From positions 1-51,200 of the forward strand of contig JBHHYO010000011.1 in the NCBI GenBank assembly GCA_046757665.1: DNA of 51,200 nucleotides, in the 5' to 3' direction. Positions 47,236 through 51,200 of the stretch are shown here, piece by piece; position 1 is the stretch's first letter, and every line of letters starts with the position of its first letter. The DNA is from Nitrospinales bacterium. GTDB taxonomy: Bacteria; Nitrospinota; Nitrospinia; Nitrospinales; JAJDAT01. Position numbers and translations under genes: made by a program. Under the pieces are notes generated by a model. The model saw nothing but the letters and a program-made list of their open reading frames with translations, made no database searches and was not told the DNA's origin.

Positions 47236-47577
47236 TCAACAAAATCCCAAATGCTCGGCGATGGATCTTCCAATATCGAAATGGCTGGTAAAAAGCTGTG
47301 GGTCTTCCTGGGTCTGCGCCCATCGGTAGGCTTCTTCCACATCCCGGGTCATGCCGAGCCCGTGTAAAACGCCGACGGAAACAAAACAGGAGTTGAGATC
47401 GCCGGATTTTGCAAACCCTTTTATCATTTCCAGCATGGCTGATACGTCCGAACCGGCAAGCCGATGGTATTTTTCCACCAGATTTTTAATGTTTTCTTCC
47501 CCATAGGTGTTGAAATAACTGGCTCCGATTATCGGTTCGTTGTAAAGGCGGGCAATTTCTTCTTCAAGGGAATTCAT
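47236..47577 (-). CDS. Hypothetical protein
   Basis: 113-aa ORF 18 bp downstream of def, same strand. Confidence 0.65.
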   Translation of the reverse strand: MNSLEEEIARLYNEPIIGASYFNTYGEENIKNLVEKYHRLAGSDVSAMLEMIKGFAKSGDLNSCFVSVGVLHGLGMTRDVEEAYRWAQTQEDPQLFTSHFDIGRSIAEHLGFC

Positions 47578-47595
47578 GATGGTTTGGCGGGGACC

Positions 47596-48156
47596 TTATA
47601 TCTTGGCGGCCTGTTTGGCATCCTCCACCCAGTAGGTTTCAAATTCTTTCTGGTAGGCGAGTTTCGTCAGGTCGGTCATTCGATCGAGAAAAACCAGCCC
47701 GTTAAGATGGTCGATCTCATGTTGTAAAACGACGGCAAAAAAGCCTTTCGCCTCAACAACCTGTTTTTCTCCCCGGCGGTTATACGCTTCCATGGTGACT
47801 TGCTTCGAGCGCGGCACCAATCCTCTGAAATCAGCCAGACTCAAGCAACTTTCCCATCCTAAAATCTGTTCCTCGGCGTAACAGGTTATCCTCGGATTAA
47901 TGAAAACGGCTAATGGAATATCGGGCCTGTTATCGTAACGTTTGTTGTCGAGGCTTTCGACCACAATGATCCGCAAGGATCGGGAAACCTGTGGGGCGGC
48001 CAATCCCACACCTTCCTCTTCGCGCATGATCACGGTCATGGCATCAATAAAAGCCTGAATCTCACTGTCCGGATCCGCCAACGCCTGCAAATCGACGGGC
48101 TCGGCGATTTTCCTTAAAATGGGATTTCCCAATCTTGCTATTTCAAGTGACGACAT
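47596..48156 (-). CDS. def: Peptide deformylase
   Basis: GVGLAAPQ, ESCLS, QHEIDHLNG; start ATG 48156. Confidence 0.94.
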   Translation of the reverse strand: MSSLEIARLGNPILRKIAEPVDLQALADPDSEIQAFIDAMTVIMREEEGVGLAAPQVSRSLRIIVVESLDNKRYDNRPDIPLAVFINPRITCYAEEQILGWESCLSLADFRGLVPRSKQVTMEAYNRRGEKQVVEAKGFFAVVLQHEIDHLNGLVFLDRMTDLTKLAYQKEFETYWVEDAKQAAKI

Positions 48157-48401
48157 GAGATACCTCTCCCAAACATATTGCATTTACACGATTTGGGAAA
48201 TTTGAGGAAGATATTTGAGTTTGAGCGTACTTATAGACGGCCTGATTTTTGGCATTTTCGGCAATCAACGATCGCTCGATACAGGGTATTTTCTAAAATA
48301 TTCTAGCATAAAAATTTCAAGAAACAAAAACCTCGAGTTTTTGCTCCGCCGGTTTTCCCCTGTAAAATAGGGGGGAATCTTGTGAATTTCTTTTTTTTAA
48401 A

Positions 48402-48429
48402 TTGACATTTGTTCCCGTTATCTTATAAT
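48402..48429 (+). promoter_or_regulatory. Sigma70 promoter of HU gene
   Basis: Consensus hexamers TTGACA-N16-TATAAT with AT-rich UP region; AAGGAGG RBS downstream. Confidence 0.8.
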
Positions 48430-48472
48430 GTCGCCGTCAGGATAACTTATCCGAGAAAGGAGGCGATGATCT

Positions 48473-48751
48473 TTGACTAAAGACCAGTTAATTTCCGCTG
48501 TAATCAAGAGTTGTAAAAACGATGACTTGAGTAAAAGGTTGACCGGTGAAATTCTAGACGCCACCTTCGAAGCTATCGCCAAGGCAATCAAGAAAGAAAA
48601 ACGTTTTGCTTATCCAGGGTTTGGGACCTTTTCGGTAAGAAGCAGAAAAGCGCGGAAAGGCAGAAATCCACAAACCGGGGCTGAGATAAAAATCAAAGCC
48701 AGTAAAACGGTTGGTTTTAAGCCTGCGCCCTCATTAAAATCATCCCTTTAA
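48473..48751 (+). CDS. hup: DNA-binding protein HU
   Basis: TTG start; [25 protein letters not shown]. Confidence 0.93.
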   Translation: MTKDQLISAVIKSCKNDDLSKRLTGEILDATFEAIAKAIKKEKRFAYPGFGTFSVRSRKARKGRNPQTGAEIKIKASKTVGFKPAPSLKSSL

Positions 48752-48782
48752 AAAATTATTTAATACAAAAATCAAAACCACT

Positions 48783-48812
48783 AAAACCGCCCAGAAACTG
48801 GGCGGTTTTTTT
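48783..48812 (+). terminator. Rho-independent terminator, probably bidirectional
   Basis: AAAACCGCCCAG-AAA-CTGGGCGGTTTT-TTT between convergent HU and FimV-like genes. Confidence 0.9.
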
Positions 48813-48859
48813 GTGTTCGCAACACTTCAAAAATCGCAATAATAGCATTCACGAAGTTA

Positions 48860-51067
48860 TCAATCGGCAAGAGATTCCAGTTCCGCCAACCGACGCTTGA
48901 CAGTGTAGGCCTCGTTTTCCTGACCGTAAGCTCCCACCATCACATCGAACATTGGGCTGGAAAAATTTTCATTCGACGTGGAAAACAACAACGCGGAAAT
49001 ACCATTTTTGCGTAAGAAATCGATTTTCTCCGCCGCTTGCGCTTCCTGTTCAAAAGAGCCGGCCAACAGGGAAAATGAAGTCGGAGTGGGTATGGCATAC
49101 CGGCTAAATTCCCAGGCTCTCAGAAACCGGGCCATTTGCGCCGCCAAAGCCCATTCGGAAAAGCGTTCCACATAAACGCGATAGATTATTCTGCGCGGGG
49201 TAAGATTCAACGGCGAAAGATAGGCGTTTAGCCCCTTCTCTCTTAATTTATTTACCGTGCCGCGGGCTCCTTCAAAATGAGCATGGGAAGACGAGAGAAC
49301 GACAAACGAGGACATGTCATTTCTTTCCGCCCGCGGCCTTGACTTAAACCGTTCGTTAACGATTTTCCACTCGCCCGATTCGCGGACAAGTTCCAGCGTT
49401 TTGTGGCCAAAGCTGTGCAGTTTATCCGAGTCAAAACTCTGGTGAAACGATGCCAGCAAACGATCTCCCATCTGAATCAGTTTCGGACGGTGAATGCGGA
49501 TTGTCACGTTATTATAACGTTTAAACATTCTTAACTTGAATTCTTTCCAATCGGCGAATTGCAAATCCTTGCCATCCGCTTTCATTATCCGAAACCCTTT
49601 GGAGAAGCAGGCCATGTGGCGGTCGATTTCCTCGTTTTCCCAACTCTGCCTCCAGCGTTCGAGGAGACTAAAAATTTTCGCTTTGTCGGAAATTTTCTCT
49701 GCCGGCAAAAGCACCTCCTGCGTCGAAGGTTGATCGTCCATTTTCACAAATCGCTGGGATAGCTTTTTCTTAATGATTTTCCACTCGCGCCAATGATTCA
49801 AAAGGATCATCCGCGCCATCCTGCCGGAAATCCGTCTGAGACGATTTTGTACGTTCTCCAGGCTCAAAATGACACCCTTCTTGATTCCGTGAATATTTCC
49901 GCCGATAAATCGGTCCAAATTATCCATCCAAATGGCCACCGTCACTCTCGCCTCGCCGGCAGAATCCATTTTAAGCTTGGCGACGATTTTTGAAACCGTC
50001 TCCCCTTCCGTAAGCGGGCCATAAGTTTTCGATGTCTTCGATGATGTTTTCAAATCAACCGGCGGCTTGGGAAGTTGCCGAACCGTGGCGTTGCCGAGCG
50101 CTTTTTTCGGTTTGGATTCTGCAAGCGGGCCGGTGACTTTTGCCGTTTTCAAGGCAACCGGCGGCTTGGGAGGCTGTCGAACTATGGCGTTGCCGAGCGC
50201 TTTTTTCGATTCGGACAACACAACCGGGGTATTTCGCATTTCACGCCTGCCATCGATTCGCGGGGATTGTGCAAGCGCCAGCCGCGAAAAACTTTTCGGC
50301 GATATCGTCTGCAACGAGCGAGTCACTGAAGAATGCTTTTTGCTCGGAACGATGACCGGTATGGGAGGAATAACCGCCTGACTCAGCACACTTTTTTCTC
50401 TCTGGGCTACCGAGGCAGTAACCATGGCAATCGGAGCCTTTCTCGCCTGCTCAATTCGCGGCGGCCTGGGATTCCGGGAAACGATGACATCCTTTGGCGA
50501 TATGGCTTCGGGAACTTGTTGAACGCTGTGTCTTTTCCCGCTCCGTTTCACGGCTACGGGTTTGCTCGTCTGAACCTTTTTCAACAAATCGACCGGCTTT
50601 TTAACAGACTTTTTCCGCTGTTTTTTCTTTTGCTTCTTTTTGTCGACGTGAACCCCGAGGGAAACCATTTGTCGAAAATCGACGGTGATCAAATAATTTT
50701 CCAACAGGGTCCCCTCATTCTGGGAAACACGAACAACCAGGTCGAAGGAAGGAAAAAATAAAGGAATATCGGACTTGATCTTGATGATTTCCTTCCCCCG
50801 CCCCACGTTAACAAGGTCGTCGATCCGCAGTTTGTCGACAATTTTCATTCTGCTGATTCGCAACATGTCGTAATCTTTCTGCGTCCCAATGGCGACTTTA
50901 ATGTTCCCCTCCTCTTCGGCCGTCAGGTCAATTTCAGCATCGAAACGCTCGCCAAAATTGCTTTTCACCTTGATCGGCCCCAAGGAAAGGGCGTACAGGT
51001 TCGGCGCCAAGGCAAACAAAAAAACAGCCATGACGATTACATGGCAATATGAAATTTTGCTTCTCAA
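48860..51067 (-). CDS. FimV/HubP-like N-terminal domain + LysM + NTF2-like domain + SPOR domains
   Basis: Signal peptide, ALSLGPIKVKSNFGERFDAEI; YGPLTEGETVSKI...NLDRFIGGNIHGIKKGVIL; LERWRQSWE...WKIVNE; two or more SPOR-like repeats (YRVYVERF, AGSFEQEAQA, VMVGAY). Confidence 0.75.
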   Translation of the reverse strand: MRSKISYCHVIVMAVFLFALAPNLYALSLGPIKVKSNFGERFDAEIDLTAEEEGNIKVAIGTQKDYDMLRISRMKIVDKLRIDDLVNVGRGKEIIKIKSDIPLFFPSFDLVVRVSQNEGTLLENYLITVDFRQMVSLGVHVDKKKQKKKQRKKSVKKPVDLLKKVQTSKPVAVKRSGKRHSVQQVPEAISPKDVIVSRNPRPPRIEQARKAPIAMVTASVAQREKSVLSQAVIPPIPVIVPSKKHSSVTRSLQTISPKSFSRLALAQSPRIDGRREMRNTPVVLSESKKALGNAIVRQPPKPPVALKTAKVTGPLAESKPKKALGNATVRQLPKPPVDLKTSSKTSKTYGPLTEGETVSKIVAKLKMDSAGEARVTVAIWMDNLDRFIGGNIHGIKKGVILSLENVQNRLRRISGRMARMILLNHWREWKIIKKKLSQRFVKMDDQPSTQEVLLPAEKISDKAKIFSLLERWRQSWENEEIDRHMACFSKGFRIMKADGKDLQFADWKEFKLRMFKRYNNVTIRIHRPKLIQMGDRLLASFHQSFDSDKLHSFGHKTLELVRESGEWKIVNERFKSRPRAERNDMSSFVVLSSSHAHFEGARGTVNKLREKGLNAYLSPLNLTPRRIIYRVYVERFSEWALAAQMARFLRAWEFSRYAIPTPTSFSLLAGSFEQEAQAAEKIDFLRKNGISALLFSTSNENFSSPMFDVMVGAYGQENEAYTVKRRLAELESLAD
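50046..50208. repeat. Intragenic direct repeat (2 x ~64 bp, 99-bp period)
   Basis: 50046-50109 and 50145-50208 both encode KKALGNAxVRQxPKPPVxLKT in the linker of the FimV-like protein. Confidence 0.85.
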
Positions 51068-51165
51068 TTTAAAACCCCAATTATCCTGGATTTTCCATGT
51101 GCCAATTTATTGCCTCCGTAGTAACGAGAAATTTTACAATAATATCTAGCCTGGAGGAAAGACAA

Positions 51166-51200
51166 ATGAGGACAAAAGGAAAAAACGAAAATCCACGGCC
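51166..51200 (+). CDS. Start of a CDS running off the window
   Basis: GGAGG RBS then ATG AGG ACA AAA GGA..., open to the window end. Confidence 0.4.
   Translation, partial: MRTKGKNENPR

Noticed and set aside
1-51200. tRNA, rRNA or tmRNA genes
   Set aside because: No cloverleaf or rRNA-like conserved segments recognised in the intergenic regions; a tRNAscan/Infernal run would be needed to exclude small RNAs

Overview
Bacterial chromosomal window with about 57 plausible protein-coding genes. I see no rRNA, tRNA, CRISPR array or transposase. Gene content (futalosine-pathway mqnE plus menG/ubiE, short-form pheT, DUF1566 paralogs, FimV-like protein) is compatible with a Nitrospinota-like Gram-negative lineage; this is inference only. 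The first ~8.1 kb is an accessory biosynthetic cluster: DUF4910 M28-like protein, SAM methyltransferase, tandem VOC protein, adenylating enzyme, cyclase-family hydrolase, stand-alone ACP, AAC(3)-family acyltransferase and DRE-TIM aldolase. It looks like a carrier-protein-dependent acyl-building and N-acyl-transfer system, the best candidate here for an undescribed pathway. The rest is mostly housekeeping: yceD-rpmF-plsX-fabH-fabD-fabG-acpP-fabF-rnc, xerD, mqnE, pheT, rnr, ubiE/menG, fbp, hisS, fur, def, HU and mgtE. Interspersed oddities include a CheA ending exactly before its CheW domain, a lipoyl-like domain lacking the lysine, an IscU-like protein lacking the third Cys, a divergent FabI-like reductase and a small lipoprotein with three HVSG repeats. 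There is also a solo ABC-ATPase/TOPRIM (OLD-like) gene, nested REP-like palindromes, and a perfect 9-1-9 palindrome over the fur promoter. All calls come from motif recognition by eye; no database searches were run. Several starts were moved from the ORF track to more plausible RBS-linked codons.
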